A stretch of DNA of 64,000 nucleotides from assembly GCA_955652395.1 (NCBI GenBank), contig CATPBJ010000100.1, forward strand, positions 497 through 64,496, in the 5' to 3' direction. The notes under the pieces are model-generated. The model was given only the letters and a program-made list of their open reading frames with translations, searched no databases and had not been told where the DNA came from. Below, piece after piece: positions 63,762 through 64,000 of this stretch. Source of the stretch: an uncultured Terriglobales bacterium (GTDB lineage: Bacteria > Acidobacteriota > Terriglobia > Terriglobales > Acidobacteriaceae). The first letter of the stretch is position 1. Each line of letters opens with the position of its first letter. A program made the position numbers and the translations under genes.

Positions 63762-64000
63762 ATGCCGACGAAACCGGAAGGCCGCGGTCACGGTGTCCGC
63801 CTCGCAAAGAACGAATGCTTTGCCTGCGGGCCGGACAACGCAGCTGGTATGCATCTGAAATTTACCTTCGACAAGCAACGCCAGCGATTTGTCTGTCGCT
63901 TCCGTCTCGATCAGCGCTATACCGGCCCTCCGGGACACTGTCATGGCGGCATCATCGCCACCATTCTCGACGAGGCGATGGGCAAAGTGAACAAACTGCG
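63762..64000 (+). CDS. PaaI-family (hotdog fold) thioesterase, 3' end outside the window
   Basis: Hand translation from the ATG at 63762 gives MPTKPEGRGHGVRLAKNECFACGPDNAAGMHLKFTF...GHCHGGIIATILDEAMGKVNKL. The CFACG..N..G and HGG...LDE patterns are typical. It is not in the ORF track because there is no in-window stop. Confidence 0.7.
   Translation, partial: MPTKPEGRGHGVRLAKNECFACGPDNAAGMHLKFTFDKQRQRFVCRFRLDQRYTGPPGHCHGGIIATILDEAMGKVNKL

Noticed and set aside
1-64000. Scan of the whole window for CRISPR arrays, rRNA, tRNA, transposases, integrases and known defence genes
   Set aside because: I saw no regularly spaced direct repeats of 25-40 nt, no conserved rRNA or tRNA signatures, and no ORF with DDE, tyrosine- or serine-recombinase, nuclease-helicase or toxin-antitoxin hallmarks. 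The scan was by eye only, so tRNAscan, Infernal and DefenseFinder runs would be needed to be sure.

Overview
This is a GC-rich chromosomal segment that is almost fully coding, with about 60 supportable genes. I found no rRNA, tRNA, CRISPR array, transposase or integrase. The gene content and the abundance of GC-rich palindromic intergenic elements suggest an Acidobacteriota-like soil bacterium; this is inference only. Main blocks, left to right: (1) A nucleoside/pyrimidine cluster (nupC, deoA, cdd, dihydropyrimidinase and a divergent LLM-family oxidoreductase), interrupted by a visibly less GC-rich insert carrying a truncated alpha/beta-hydrolase and a GH16 lipoprotein. (2) A complete-looking Tad/Flp pilus operon on the minus strand: two tandem flp pilins (one below the ORF-track size cutoff), cpaB, cpaC, cpaE/tadZ, cpaF/tadA, tadB and tadC. 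It lacks tadV and tadD-G and instead ends in a DUF192 gene translationally coupled to a 650-aa Pro/Gly-rich TonB-C-like protein. (3) Six GT-C-type polytopic membrane proteins (GT39/GT87-like) that bracket the tad locus. (4) A STAS plus FHA-GAF-PP2C partner-switch pair. (5) A serine hydrolase, an SSS symporter, a GH15 glucoamylase, YceI and an M48 protease. (6) An ECF sigma factor with a soluble zinc-type (ZAS) anti-sigma factor. (7) slt, VOC, lspA-ileS, tonB and murI. (8) An iron-permease operon (FTR1::DUF2318 fusion, two FtsX permeases and an ABC ATPase) in which the ATPase is fused to a full DtxR-type metal-sensor module. A 19-bp perfect palindrome sits at the operon promoter. This is my top candidate for something undescribed. 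(9) uvrA with an in-frame insertion that resembles an intergenic palindromic repeat. (10) An aa3-type cytochrome oxidase operon with two subunit-III genes and a coupled small CxxC membrane protein. All calls come from reading the translations and the DNA; no database search was run.
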